NCBI GenBank assembly: GCA_036400935.1
Contig: DASWWW010000003.1
Span: forward strand, 35,716 to 99,715
Direction: 5' to 3'
DNA: 64,000 bases
Origin: Minisyncoccota bacterium
GTDB taxonomy: Bacteria; Patescibacteriota; Minisyncoccia; Phycocordibacterales; UBA6065
Shown: piece after piece, positions 47,393 to 56,257 of the stretch
Layout of the letters: the number at the start of each line of letters is the position of its first letter
Position numbering within the stretch: the stretch's first letter is position 1
The notes under the pieces: generated by a model
What the model was told of the DNA's origin: nothing
Database searches by the model: none
Seen by the model: only the letters and a program-made list of their open reading frames with translations
Program-made: the position numbers and the translations under genes

Positions 47393-48785
47393 ACGCCGCC
47401 TCGCCGCCGTCCGCCCTCACTTCCAATTTTCTGAATATATCAATAGTTTGGGCGCGCGCCGGATTCTCCGAGACTGCCGATCCGTCGATCCTTTCTTTGG
47501 ACATGCCTTCGGGCAGGGCGTCGCCGACGATCGTGATGTGGTGCGAGAGGAACGTCGTCGCGTAGGCTCCCTTTGGCAGGCTGAACGATACGAACGATCC
47601 GTGCTCGGAATTGCGCACCTCTATGTTCCGCGCCGTCTCGATCGTCTTTACAGTCCTATGGGCGAGTCGGATAAAGGGTAGCGGCTTGAGGTTCTGGAAT
47701 GGCGGCGGAAACATGCCGAGGGCGGTGAGTTCCTTTCTGTACGCCTCGATATCGGCCCTGTCGAACGAGAATATGAAAGGCAGGACCGTCGGCGGGCGCA
47801 TGTCCTTCTGGACGAAGCTCGATATCTTCTCGTTGAAGAGCAGGGAGGCCAGGCCGTAGAGCCAGAGCTGCACCTGATCGGGAATGAGGTTGAGCGCTCC
47901 TGTAAAATCCTTTGGGTTCGAGATGAGCCGGTCGAGCATCGGCGCCTCGCAATGCATGATGTTGAGGATAGGATCAAAGACCTCCTTTACCTCTGCCCAG
48001 GTCTTTTTCGTCTTGGCCTCGTTGCGCAGCTGGGATATGAAAGGAAGCTCTCGCGGCTGCACGTCGAACATGACGCTCCGGACGGCCGCCTCGTAATTGC
48101 CGCGAAGGAGCTCGAATCCCCAGAGGTAGTTGATGAGGCGCGGGCTGCCGAATCGCTGCATGTAGAAATAGTTGTAGAAATCCTCGCTCGGCTTGTCGGC
48201 GAGGGCGATCGTCTCGCCCGGATTCATGCGCAGGAATATGCCGAAGCGGTTTCCGGACAGGTTGGTCATGCTTATGACTCCTTTGCCTCGAGCGACATCC
48301 TTGAGGAAATAGAAGGGCGACGATACGTTCCTCAGCGCGCTCTCGTCGGCGCCGCGCAGCGATATGCGCTGCGACGTCACCGCGTGCTTGTCCTTGATTC
48401 CCGCATAGCCGATCGATTTTTCAGGGATGTTGAGCTGCTTCGCCAGATCCTTCACCACTTCGAGGGTGGAGAGGCTGCATTTTACGAGCGTGGCATAGAT
48501 CGTGTCGCCCTCGCCGTCGATAGCGGAGTCTTTTGCGAGCACGTTCTCATGGTCGATGGTAAGCACTTTGCCCGATAGGTCGATTTCCTCGACGATGAAG
48601 TCCTCGGCATAGAGCTTCATGAAGCCCTGAGGCAGCAACTCCTTGCCGGGAATGAATATGCCAAAGCGGCTGAGGTCCTGAGCGCTCTCGACAAACGAGG
48701 GCTTGGTGAAAAGCTCGGGATGCTCGGCGAGTGCCTTCTTTACGACGGGGTGGTTGTGGCTGATCATTTGCCTGTAATTATACAC
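47391..48785 (-). CDS. truD: tRNA pseudouridine synthase TruD/Pus7 family.
   Basis: 464 aa. Catalytic motif GYAGIKDKHAVTSQ (TruD GxKD) and the TruD-like core RFGSPRLINYLWGFELL. Confidence 0.7.
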   Translation of the reverse strand: MYNYRQMISHNHPVVKKALAEHPELFTKPSFVESAQDLSRFGIFIPGKELLPQGFMKLYAEDFIVEEIDLSGKVLTIDHENVLAKDSAIDGEGDTIYATLVKCSLSTLEVVKDLAKQLNIPEKSIGYAGIKDKHAVTSQRISLRGADESALRNVSSPFYFLKDVARGKGVISMTNLSGNRFGIFLRMNPGETIALADKPSEDFYNYFYMQRFGSPRLINYLWGFELLRGNYEAAVRSVMFDVQPRELPFISQLRNEAKTKKTWAEVKEVFDPILNIMHCEAPMLDRLISNPKDFTGALNLIPDQVQLWLYGLASLLFNEKISSFVQKDMRPPTVLPFIFSFDRADIEAYRKELTALGMFPPPFQNLKPLPFIRLAHRTVKTIETARNIEVRNSEHGSFVSFSLPKGAYATTFLSHHITIVGDALPEGMSKERIDGSAVSENPARAQTIDIFRKLEVRADGGEAA

Positions 48786-49657
48786 GCTACGGTTCCTGCG
48801 AATGTCGCGCCTTTCGCCTTTGCCCTGATGAGTCCGGCAAGAGACAGTGCGCCGTTTCCAGTCGCCTCGATGGCGGCTTTTTCTTTGAGCAAGTTCTGGG
48901 CGGTCCTTATATTCGCATTGGTAGCGATCCAGCCGTTTCCGCGCGTTTCGGTGAGTATTTTTTCAAGGGCGGTGCGGCGATGGGCGACGCGGTCGACGAT
49001 GGCGTCAGCGAGGGATTCTTCTTTCGCCGCTGATGCCTGCGCGGCGCCGTCCTTGTCGAAATCGGCGGCCATGGTCGATACCTCGGTTGTCTGAACGATA
49101 TGCACGGCGATTTTCTTGCCTGTGTTATGGAAATACTCGGCGAGGGCCTGGGCAGTCGTGCCCGACGACGTGGCGACAAAGACGTCCGAAAGGTTCGGCA
49201 GATATGAGAGGTCCTCTGCGAGCTCGTGATAGCCGGCAAGCGCGCTGTCGTCATTGGACTGGCGTAGGCTCACGGCCGAGGTGCCCTTTATAAAATTCAT
49301 CAGGGACTGGAGCGGGCGAGGGGCGGTTGCGATGGTGATAGCGCTGTCTGCGCCGATCTCGGATTCGAGCCGCGCCTTCTTGCCCGCGTCGATGTGCTCG
49401 CCGACGAATACCGAGAGGGTGAGGCCGCGGCCCTCGGCATTCAATTTCTGGATATGACGGACGGCGGCGAGGGCCGCGTTCCCGGACGAAGAGAGGGCGA
49501 AGCTTGTCGCGCCGAGGGCGACTTTCTCGTCTATCATTCGGGGGATGGAGCGCCCCTTGTGCGAGCCGTACGGATGGAGATCCTCTCGCTTCAAATAGAG
49601 GGCCGGAATGCCGAGAGTCGCGGCCAATTCAGGATATTCTTTCTGCGGGGTTGTCAT
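48764..49657 (-). CDS. PLP-dependent enzyme of the tryptophan-synthase-beta / threonine-synthase fold.
   Basis: LHPYGSHKGRS (compare the Lys-bearing LHPTGSFKDRG), a Gly-rich loop and SSSGNAALA. Start placed at MTTPQKEYPE; the tool's upstream extension lies in AT-rich leader sequence. Confidence 0.55.
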   Translation of the reverse strand: MTTPQKEYPELAATLGIPALYLKREDLHPYGSHKGRSIPRMIDEKVALGATSFALSSSGNAALAAVRHIQKLNAEGRGLTLSVFVGEHIDAGKKARLESEIGADSAITIATAPRPLQSLMNFIKGTSAVSLRQSNDDSALAGYHELAEDLSYLPNLSDVFVATSSGTTAQALAEYFHNTGKKIAVHIVQTTEVSTMAADFDKDGAAQASAAKEESLADAIVDRVAHRRTALEKILTETRGNGWIATNANIRTAQNLLKEKAAIEATGNGALSLAGLIRAKAKGATFAGTVACIITGK

Positions 49658-49710
49658 GGTTGTATAGTATCGTTTTTCGGCTATTATATAAAGCACTAAC
49701 CAAAACAAAC

Positions 49711-49875
49711 ATGAAATGCGTATGTCCAGAATGTAAGAACGATATCGACGTCTCGAAGCATCCAAAGATCGCTATCGGCTACGTCATCGAGTGCGATACC
49801 TGCGGCATCATGCTTGAGGTTCGATCGATGGACAATGGAACGGTAACAACGGAGATCGTAGACGAGGGCAAGTAG
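49711..49875 (+). CDS. Small zinc-ribbon protein, LysW-like (CxxC...CxxC).
   Basis: MKCVCPECKNDIDVSKHPKIAIGYVIECDTCGIMLEVRSMD...EIVDEGK resembles amino-group carrier LysW (CPECGAE...CEDCGAELEV). It lacks the C-terminal EDWGE tail. Confidence 0.4.
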   Translation: MKCVCPECKNDIDVSKHPKIAIGYVIECDTCGIMLEVRSMDNGTVTTEIVDEGK

Positions 49876-49904
49876 CAAAAGCCCCGCATCGCGGGGCTTT
49901 TGCT
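49875..49904 (+). terminator. Bidirectional rho-independent terminator.
   Basis: gcaaaagccccgc-atc-gcggggcttttgc hairpin. Confidence 0.65.
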
Positions 49905-51332
49905 TTATTTCTGTGCCAATTTTTTTACCGTCTCCTCAATCATACCCCTGAATCCGTGTGAGCCGAGGAAGGCGATGACGTCGCCTTCGCCGCGGGCCAT
50001 GGTTACGAAATCGACGAGCAGGCTGTCGTCGGCGATGTAGTGCACGTCCTTGTGCTTTGCCTCGATCGTGAGGGCGAGCTCCTCGCCGTCGAATGTCTTT
50101 TCTGGATTCGACTCGTCCACTTTTAGCTTTGAGAGGCGAGGGATGACGACCGTATCGGCATCCTTGAACGCGTCGTCGTATGCGGGCTTTGACTGCGGGG
50201 TGCGGTTGCCGATATTCGGCTCGTAGACGGCGATGATCATGCCGCTGTAGATCGAGCGGAGGTTTGCGAGCACGGATTTTGCCTTTTCAGGGCTATGCGC
50301 GATGTCGTCGATGACCGTGATCTTGTTCTCGTAGCGCTTCTCGAGGCGGCGCTTCATGCCGAGGAACGACTTGATCGCGTCGCTGATATCGCCCGGTGCG
50401 ATGCCCGAGGCGTGCGCCATGGCAAAGCAGCCGGTCACGTTCTCGGCATTGTACGCGCCGAGGAGAGGGCATTCGATATGGTACGTCTTGCCGTGATAGA
50501 CAATGTCAAAGGAGATGCCGGTTGGGGTCGATACCACTTTCTCGTAGCGGTAGTCGGCGTTCTTGTCCTTACCGTAGCTTATGAATTCGCGCTTTGCCGA
50601 TGCGAGCAATTTTGGCAGTGTCTCTGTGTCGATGCAGGCGACGATGACGCCCGTGCCCTCGGATGCTTTAGGCATGCCGGCGATGAGCTGCCTGAATGCG
50701 TCGAAATACGATTCCTCGGTAGGGTAGAGGTCAGCATGATCCCACTTTACGGCCGTAAGGAGGAGATGCGTCGGCTTGTAGTGGAAGAATTTCGCGCGCT
50801 TGTCCCACTTCGCGGTCGAGTACTCGTCGCCCTCGACGATAGACCAGTCGCCCGTGTCGACAGCGGCCGATGGGGCGCCGTCCTGAGTAAGCCCGCCGAC
50901 CATGTATGAGGGCTTCTTGCCCGCATGCTTGAAGATGTGGGTGAGCAAGGCGGAAGATGTCGTCTTGCCGTACGTTCCAGACACGACGATGGAATTTTTC
51001 TGGATCAAATATTCGCCGGTAGTCTCGGGGAACGACTTGAAAGGGATGCCGTGCTCCTTGGCATAGAGAAGCTCTGGGTTGTTCGACGACGCGGCATTGC
51101 CGACGACGATGAAATCGGGAGCGCCGCCCTCGATCATTTTTTCAGGGTGCCAGCCAGAGTAGTAGGGCACGCCGAGAGCCGTAAGGTGAGTCGAGATAGG
51201 CGGGAAGAAGCCTGCGTCGGAACCGGTGACCTTGAATCCCTTCTGCCAGAGGGCGGTAGCGACGGCTGACATGGCGACGCCGCAGATGCCTATAAAGTGG
51301 ACTTTTTGAGCGGTTTTGGTGGTCTGTGACAT
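49905..51332 (-). CDS. Mur ligase of the MurC/Mpl family (UDP-N-acetylmuramate-L-alanine or -tripeptide ligase).
   Basis: HFIGICGVAMSAVATALWQKGFKVTGSD, SGTYGKTTSSAL and EGDEYSTAKWDKRAKFFHY (closest to E. coli Mpl, EADEYDCAFFDKRSKFVHY). Start placed at MSQTTKTAQKVHFIG. Confidence 0.8.
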   Translation of the reverse strand: MSQTTKTAQKVHFIGICGVAMSAVATALWQKGFKVTGSDAGFFPPISTHLTALGVPYYSGWHPEKMIEGGAPDFIVVGNAASSNNPELLYAKEHGIPFKSFPETTGEYLIQKNSIVVSGTYGKTTSSALLTHIFKHAGKKPSYMVGGLTQDGAPSAAVDTGDWSIVEGDEYSTAKWDKRAKFFHYKPTHLLLTAVKWDHADLYPTEESYFDAFRQLIAGMPKASEGTGVIVACIDTETLPKLLASAKREFISYGKDKNADYRYEKVVSTPTGISFDIVYHGKTYHIECPLLGAYNAENVTGCFAMAHASGIAPGDISDAIKSFLGMKRRLEKRYENKITVIDDIAHSPEKAKSVLANLRSIYSGMIIAVYEPNIGNRTPQSKPAYDDAFKDADTVVIPRLSKLKVDESNPEKTFDGEELALTIEAKHKDVHYIADDSLLVDFVTMARGEGDVIAFLGSHGFRGMIEETVKKLAQK

Positions 51333-51411
51333 GGGTCTAAGGATAGCAATAAAGGCTAAAAAGGGCCATTGGAGTCGAAGATTTCTCGTTGTGTGGTATA
51401 ACTTACATGCA

Positions 51412-52629
51412 ATGAAGCGCACAACGATACAGGGCGTCGCCATACTCCTTCTTTTCGCCTTTTCCGTCTGGCTCGTATCGCTTGTCGGCATCGGTTTTGG
51501 TCGGGACAATCTTGCTGCCGTATTCAGCGTGGACAACGTTACGCCGCAAGAGCTGCAGGACAAGGGGCGACTCGCCTCTACCGACTCGCAAGCTCAGAAG
51601 ATCCGCATCTTCATCATGCCGGGGCACGAGCCGGATTTTGGCGGCACCGAATACCGCAAGCTCAAGGAGCGCGACATCAATATCGAGATCGCTACGGAGC
51701 TGCGGGACTTTTTGCATAAGGATGGCGCATATGACGTTGTGCTTGGGCGCGACGCTTCGGGATGGGATCCGCGGCTGAAGGAGTATCTGGACAAGAACGT
51801 GAAAGAGATCGACGCGTGGAGGGCCGATCAGGCTCGCATCATGCGCCAGCTCGTATCGGAAGGCGAGATTGAGGCCAAGACGGACGGCGTTCCGCATAGC
51901 TCCGCGCCGAAGGACGTGGCGAACAGGCTTTTCGGCATAAACAAGTGGGTGAGCGAGACCTATTTCGACCTCGTTATTCATATCCATATAAACGATTACG
52001 GGTCGCGCCGCTTCGACCGGCCGGGCGAATTTACCGGCTACTCGATCTACGTGCCTGACAGGCAATATTCCAATGCCGCGGCGGCGCGCCAAGTAGCCGA
52101 ATCCATCAGCTCGCGCCTCGACGATTTCGTCGCTCAGAGCGATCTGAAGAAGGAATCTGGCGGGGTAGTCGAGGATCAGGAGCTCGTAGCCGTGGGCCGA
52201 TACAATACCGTCGACGTGCCAAGCGTCCTTATCGAATACGGATACATATACGAGCCGCAGTTCCAGGACGCCGACGTGCGAAAGGCTGTCGTTCGCGAGT
52301 ACGCGTATCAGACGTACTTGGGATTGCGCGAATTCTTCTCGTCGGGCATCGCTCGAACGGGCGCTTTGCCGACCGTCACTCTTCCGTATGAATTCAAAAA
52401 AGATATCCGCGAAAGCTCCAGCTATAGCACCGACATTTTTGCCCTGCAGATGGCGCTTGCCCAAGCCCGAGCCTATCCGGCAAAGGGAAGGACTCTCAAC
52501 GACTGCCCGATATCGGGATATTTCGGGGCATGCACTAAAAACGCCCTGACGGCATTCCAGGCGGCCAAAGGCATAACAGGGGAGAAGGGGTATGCGGGCG
52601 AGAATACTCGTGCGGTACTGAATTATTGA
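51412..52629 (+). CDS. N-acetylmuramoyl-L-alanine amidase (Amidase_3) with a C-terminal peptidoglycan-binding domain.
   Basis: IMPGHEPDFGG, HIHINDYG and LIEYGYIYE (amidase_3 zinc site). C-terminal PG_binding_1-like segment FALQMALAQA...GYFGACTKNALTAFQAAKGI. Start placed at MKRTTIQ (51412). Confidence 0.8.
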   Translation: MKRTTIQGVAILLLFAFSVWLVSLVGIGFGRDNLAAVFSVDNVTPQELQDKGRLASTDSQAQKIRIFIMPGHEPDFGGTEYRKLKERDINIEIATELRDFLHKDGAYDVVLGRDASGWDPRLKEYLDKNVKEIDAWRADQARIMRQLVSEGEIEAKTDGVPHSSAPKDVANRLFGINKWVSETYFDLVIHIHINDYGSRRFDRPGEFTGYSIYVPDRQYSNAAAARQVAESISSRLDDFVAQSDLKKESGGVVEDQELVAVGRYNTVDVPSVLIEYGYIYEPQFQDADVRKAVVREYAYQTYLGLREFFSSGIARTGALPTVTLPYEFKKDIRESSSYSTDIFALQMALAQARAYPAKGRTLNDCPISGYFGACTKNALTAFQAAKGITGEKGYAGENTRAVLNY

Positions 52630-52727
52630 CTTTTTGTCAATAATATGTAGTGTAAATTTCAAAGGCTCTTCGTAATGCGCGGCAAATCGCGTCTGCAAGA
52701 GTCTTTTGTGCTTCAATTCCCATTCTC

Positions 52728-53177
52728 ATGAAAGCTCGGAAACTCAGCATGGTTATGCGGGCGTCAGTCGCCCTCTTCGCCGCCTCGTTCTTTGCGAGCA
52801 TCGGCTTCGTTATCGGCAATCCCAACTACAGCGGTAGCGACTTCCGCATCGACGTGGCCTACTACGCCAATCCGGCAAGTTACTTCGCGGACGAGCATCC
52901 CTTCACCGGGCGCTTGAGCGATCGGGCGGGGACGCATACTCCGTTTCTTGTTCCTATCGATCGGCCCGAGGCGCAAGGTGTGGTGCAGGCGCCCTCGGGC
53001 TTCCTGATCACCTCGGCCTTCTTCCCGATGATGGTTGCCGGATCTGTTTGGCTGATGCTGCTCGTCGGAACGGCTTATGCCCTTTCCTGGGCGGTTGATC
53101 GGATTCCGAAACCTGTCGCTTTTTGGCGGAAGGGAACTACCGAGCAGCCGGCGGCGATTAGCGCCGCGTCAAACTAG
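52728..53177 (+). CDS. Small hypothetical secreted or membrane protein.
   Basis: 149 aa with an N-terminal hydrophobic segment and a C-terminal TM helix. Confidence 0.4.
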   Translation: MKARKLSMVMRASVALFAASFFASIGFVIGNPNYSGSDFRIDVAYYANPASYFADEHPFTGRLSDRAGTHTPFLVPIDRPEAQGVVQAPSGFLITSAFFPMMVAGSVWLMLLVGTAYALSWAVDRIPKPVAFWRKGTTEQPAAISAASN

Positions 53178-53235
53178 TCGACGATTCGTCTCGTGGCCCG
53201 TACTCATTGGAGTGCGGGCTTTTTTATTTCACGGA

Positions 53236-53658
53236 CTACTCGTGATGATACTTCTCGTTCTTGAGGATGGTGAATGCTCGATAGAGCTGCTCGAGGAAGA
53301 TGACGCGCACGAGGTCGTGGGGGAATGTCATTTTTGAGAGGGCGATGGTGCCGTCGGCGATGTCGCGTACCGCCTGAGTAAATCCGAATGGCCCGCCGAC
53401 TACGAAGGCAAGGCTCTTTGGGCTCATGTTGAGCTGCTTCTCTATGAATTGCGACATCTCTACCGACGTGTACTCGCGGCCCTTCTCGTCGAGGAGGTAC
53501 ACGCGCTCGAATTTTTCCAAAGTCTTTTCAAGCTTGTCGTCGGTCGTCTCTACGAATTCAAACGGGCTGTAGCGGCTGATGCGTCCTGAATAGTCCCGGA
53601 TCGATTCCTGGAGCTCCTTGATGCTTGTCTTGCCGATAGTGACGAGGGCGATTTTCAT
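53236..53658 (-). CDS. rlmH: 23S rRNA (pseudouridine1915-N3)-methyltransferase RlmH (SPOUT).
   Basis: MKIALVTIGKTSIKELQESIRDY...YLLDEKGREYTSVEMSQFIE...LAFVVGGPFGFTQAVRDIADGTIALSKMTFPHDLVRVIFLEQLYRAFTILKNEKYHH. The tool's longer ORF upstream is Arg-rich junk, so the start was moved to MKIALV. Confidence 0.8.
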   Translation of the reverse strand: MKIALVTIGKTSIKELQESIRDYSGRISRYSPFEFVETTDDKLEKTLEKFERVYLLDEKGREYTSVEMSQFIEKQLNMSPKSLAFVVGGPFGFTQAVRDIADGTIALSKMTFPHDLVRVIFLEQLYRAFTILKNEKYHHE

Positions 53659-53666
53659 GAGATTGA

Positions 53667-54335
53667 TTATTTGAGGATCTCTTTGAGGGGCGCCGTATCC
53701 GCTCGCCATGTCTCTCCGTCGAACCACTCTCCGCCGAGGAATTGGAGCTTGTAGGTGTCGCTTGGGCGCTGGAGGGAGCCGAGGTACATGTATTTCTTGC
53801 CCGAAGCCTTGGCCCATTCGATGGCCTTGGTCATCATGCCGAGACCGCGCGACGGCTCGCTCGCGTCTTCGATATAGAAAGGAAAGCTGTAGTGGATGAT
53901 GTCCGCCGTTTCGGCGCAGATCACGTACCCGACAGGCTGGCCTGCGGTAGGGCTGTCGGTTCGGGTGTCGGTGAATACCAGGAGCTTGTTGAAGTTGCTC
54001 TTTGCGGCGTCCGTGACGATCTCCTTGGTCTTGTTGGCCGAGAAAACGTTGTCGCCGAATTTCTCGTAGAAGTCCTTTGCCAGCTTGCCGATCTTCCACG
54101 AATAGTCGGCATAGGGGATAGTCTCGGCCGATAGGGCGAGGTGCTCAGACTTGCGCATGATGCGGCGATTCTCGGATGACGACACGTACGCGCCCAGGTC
54201 GATCCTGAAAGACCGCGTCTTGTTCATCACGCCCCTGTCGACGCGCGTGAAAACATAGCCCTTGTCGTACATGGCCTCGATGTTGGCGACAGAGAAGTCG
54301 CTTATGATTTGCGTGTCCCAGTTGAGGTAGGTCAT
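53667..54335 (-). CDS. Aminoacyl-tRNA-protein transferase-like protein (ATE_C / Bpt-like GNAT fold).
   Basis: The C-terminal segment YMYLGSLQRPSDTYKLQFLGGEWFDGETW resembles the R-transferase/Bpt C-terminal block (YLGYW...YK..F.P.E...G.W). Assignment is from memory, not a search. Confidence 0.35.
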   Translation of the reverse strand: MTYLNWDTQIISDFSVANIEAMYDKGYVFTRVDRGVMNKTRSFRIDLGAYVSSSENRRIMRKSEHLALSAETIPYADYSWKIGKLAKDFYEKFGDNVFSANKTKEIVTDAAKSNFNKLLVFTDTRTDSPTAGQPVGYVICAETADIIHYSFPFYIEDASEPSRGLGMMTKAIEWAKASGKKYMYLGSLQRPSDTYKLQFLGGEWFDGETWRADTAPLKEILK

Positions 54336-54339
54336 TGAA

Positions 54340-55491
54340 TTAGTGAAGCCCGATCCAGACGCCGAGGAGGACGAAGCCGAAGTGGATCACCCAGAGGCGC
54401 ATGATGGTCTTTTCCTCGCTCCAGCCGCATAGTTCGAGGTGATGGTGAAGGGGAGCCATGCGGAATACGCGTCGGCCAAAGATGTGCCGGCCGATAGCCT
54501 GGATCATGACGGTGATCGCCTCGGCATAGAACATAAAGGCGATGAAAGGCAGGATGGCCATCGAGTTTACGGCCAGCGCGTTGATGGCGAGGAGTGCGCC
54601 CAATCCGAGCGATCCGACGTCTCCCATCTGGAAGCGGGCAGGCTTGATATTGAAATAAGTATACGAGACGAGCGATCCGGCTGTGACGGCGTTCAAAATG
54701 GCGAGAGCGTCGAAGCCGTATATCCACGCCATGAATGCGAGCGCGCCGAATGTGGGGATGAGCATTCCACCCGCGAGCCCGTCCATGCCGTCAGAGACGT
54801 TTACAGCGTTCGCCGTGAACATGACGATGAGGATGATGAGGGGGATGATCAGGATGCCGATGCTCTCGTACCCGTGGAAAGGGATGTATATGTCCCTCCA
54901 TGCCTCGCCGAGCTTATAGTAGATCCACCATGCCGATACGGCGCCGGCTGCGAACTGAAGGATGAGCTTCTCGTGCACGAGCACGCCGGTGCGCTGCTTT
55001 GACCCAAGGACGGTCGTCATGCGCTTGAAGAGCGTCCAAGGCAGGGTGACGATGAGCCAGAGCTTTACGTACCACAGCTTGTGGACGCGAATGAGGGTCA
55101 TTGTCTGGGCGAGCGAGCGCTGCCTGCGGATGCCTCCGAATACGTTCAGGAGGTCGTCGATCGCGCCAAGGAGGGCCGCGATAAAGAGCACGCCTATAGG
55201 CACCCACGTGAACTGTCGGTCCCAGTTCCAGAGATAGGTGAATACGAGAACGGTGAGAATGACGAGGAGGCCTCCCATGATAGGGGTCTGGGCCTTTCCT
55301 TGGCGGCTCTCGAGCTCCATCGTCTTGTCGCCGGCGCTCTTGCGGGCGATGCCGTAGCGGCGCAAAAACGAGATGAGAAGCGGCGCTGCGGCGAGGCTGG
55401 CTATGCTCGCGGCAATGCCAAAGCCGAGGATGAGGATGAGACTGTCGATCTGGGAAGGGAGAAAGTCGGTCATGGCTTCATTATATAGCAA
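54340..55491 (-). CDS. mraY: Phospho-N-acetylmuramoyl-pentapeptide transferase.
   Basis: 383 aa with about 10 TM helices and the motif ANAVNVSDGMDGLAGG. Confidence 0.9.
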   Translation of the reverse strand: MLYNEAMTDFLPSQIDSLILILGFGIAASIASLAAAPLLISFLRRYGIARKSAGDKTMELESRQGKAQTPIMGGLLVILTVLVFTYLWNWDRQFTWVPIGVLFIAALLGAIDDLLNVFGGIRRQRSLAQTMTLIRVHKLWYVKLWLIVTLPWTLFKRMTTVLGSKQRTGVLVHEKLILQFAAGAVSAWWIYYKLGEAWRDIYIPFHGYESIGILIIPLIILIVMFTANAVNVSDGMDGLAGGMLIPTFGALAFMAWIYGFDALAILNAVTAGSLVSYTYFNIKPARFQMGDVGSLGLGALLAINALAVNSMAILPFIAFMFYAEAITVMIQAIGRHIFGRRVFRMAPLHHHLELCGWSEEKTIMRLWVIHFGFVLLGVWIGLH

Positions 55492-56257
55492 ACTTCAGGC
55501 GGCGTACGGAAACTTCCTTGGCGTCGGCCGCGCTCTGATAGGTGTAGTTGTCGGCTCCTGTCACGCTGCGCTCCTTCCAGGTGCCGGCAAGGATATCGTT
55601 GTCGCGTATGAGAATGTCGCCTTCGCGCACGCCGGTATCGTAGAGGCCGTCCGACGGCCATGCATACGAGTGGGCGTACGAGAGCCGGATGCCGTTTTCT
55701 GATCGCTCGACGGCGGTGATGACGAGGATGTGATTATAGGTCTTGTCCTTGCCCGTGCCGATGAAGGTAACGATGTCGCCGGGCTTCGCGTCGGCAGCTG
55801 AAATGGCTGAGCTGTTCTTGTCGTTCCGAAACGAGTTCACTCCGAGGTTCTCTGCGGGGCGCAGGCGGGCGAGGATCGAGCCGATGAATCCCGACCGCAT
55901 CGACGTCACGTAGCTCGCTATGCCCTTGCCCTTGGTCTCGAGAGCGAGCGCGTTGAGCACGTGATAGGCGAATCCAGAGCAGTCGACGCCGAGGCCATTC
56001 TCGACGAGGAACTGCTTGAGCTTGTCGGTCGCGAGAGTCTGGATATCCGTTCGTGCGAGCTTTGCCATGATAGTCGCTTCCTCGACGATCTCAGCGGGCG
56101 AGCCTTTTCCGATCATCACGCGCAGGCCGCCGCGATTCTTGAATCGGCGGTTGTTGTAGTAGGGGCACGAAGGCTTCGTGCCGACAGGCAATGCCAAATA
56201 GGCGTCGATTACGGCGCGCGCATTGGTCGGGATCGCTGCAGTTTCTACTTGATGCAT
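55481..56257 (-). CDS. NlpC/P60-like papain-fold cysteine peptidase/amidase family protein.
   Basis: GLGVDCSGFAYHVL (Cys nucleophile) and, later, AKPGDIVTFIG...YNHILVI (His), in the NlpC/P60 order. The ORF overlaps mraY and the ATP-grasp gene, indicating an operon. Confidence 0.45.
   Translation of the reverse strand: MHQVETAAIPTNARAVIDAYLALPVGTKPSCPYYNNRRFKNRGGLRVMIGKGSPAEIVEEATIMAKLARTDIQTLATDKLKQFLVENGLGVDCSGFAYHVLNALALETKGKGIASYVTSMRSGFIGSILARLRPAENLGVNSFRNDKNSSAISAADAKPGDIVTFIGTGKDKTYNHILVITAVERSENGIRLSYAHSYAWPSDGLYDTGVREGDILIRDNDILAGTWKERSVTGADNYTYQSAADAKEVSVRRLKFAI

Noticed and set aside
51403-52716. 437-aa minus-strand ORF.
   Set aside because: It is exactly antisense to the amidase gene, which has clear Amidase_3 and PG-binding motifs.
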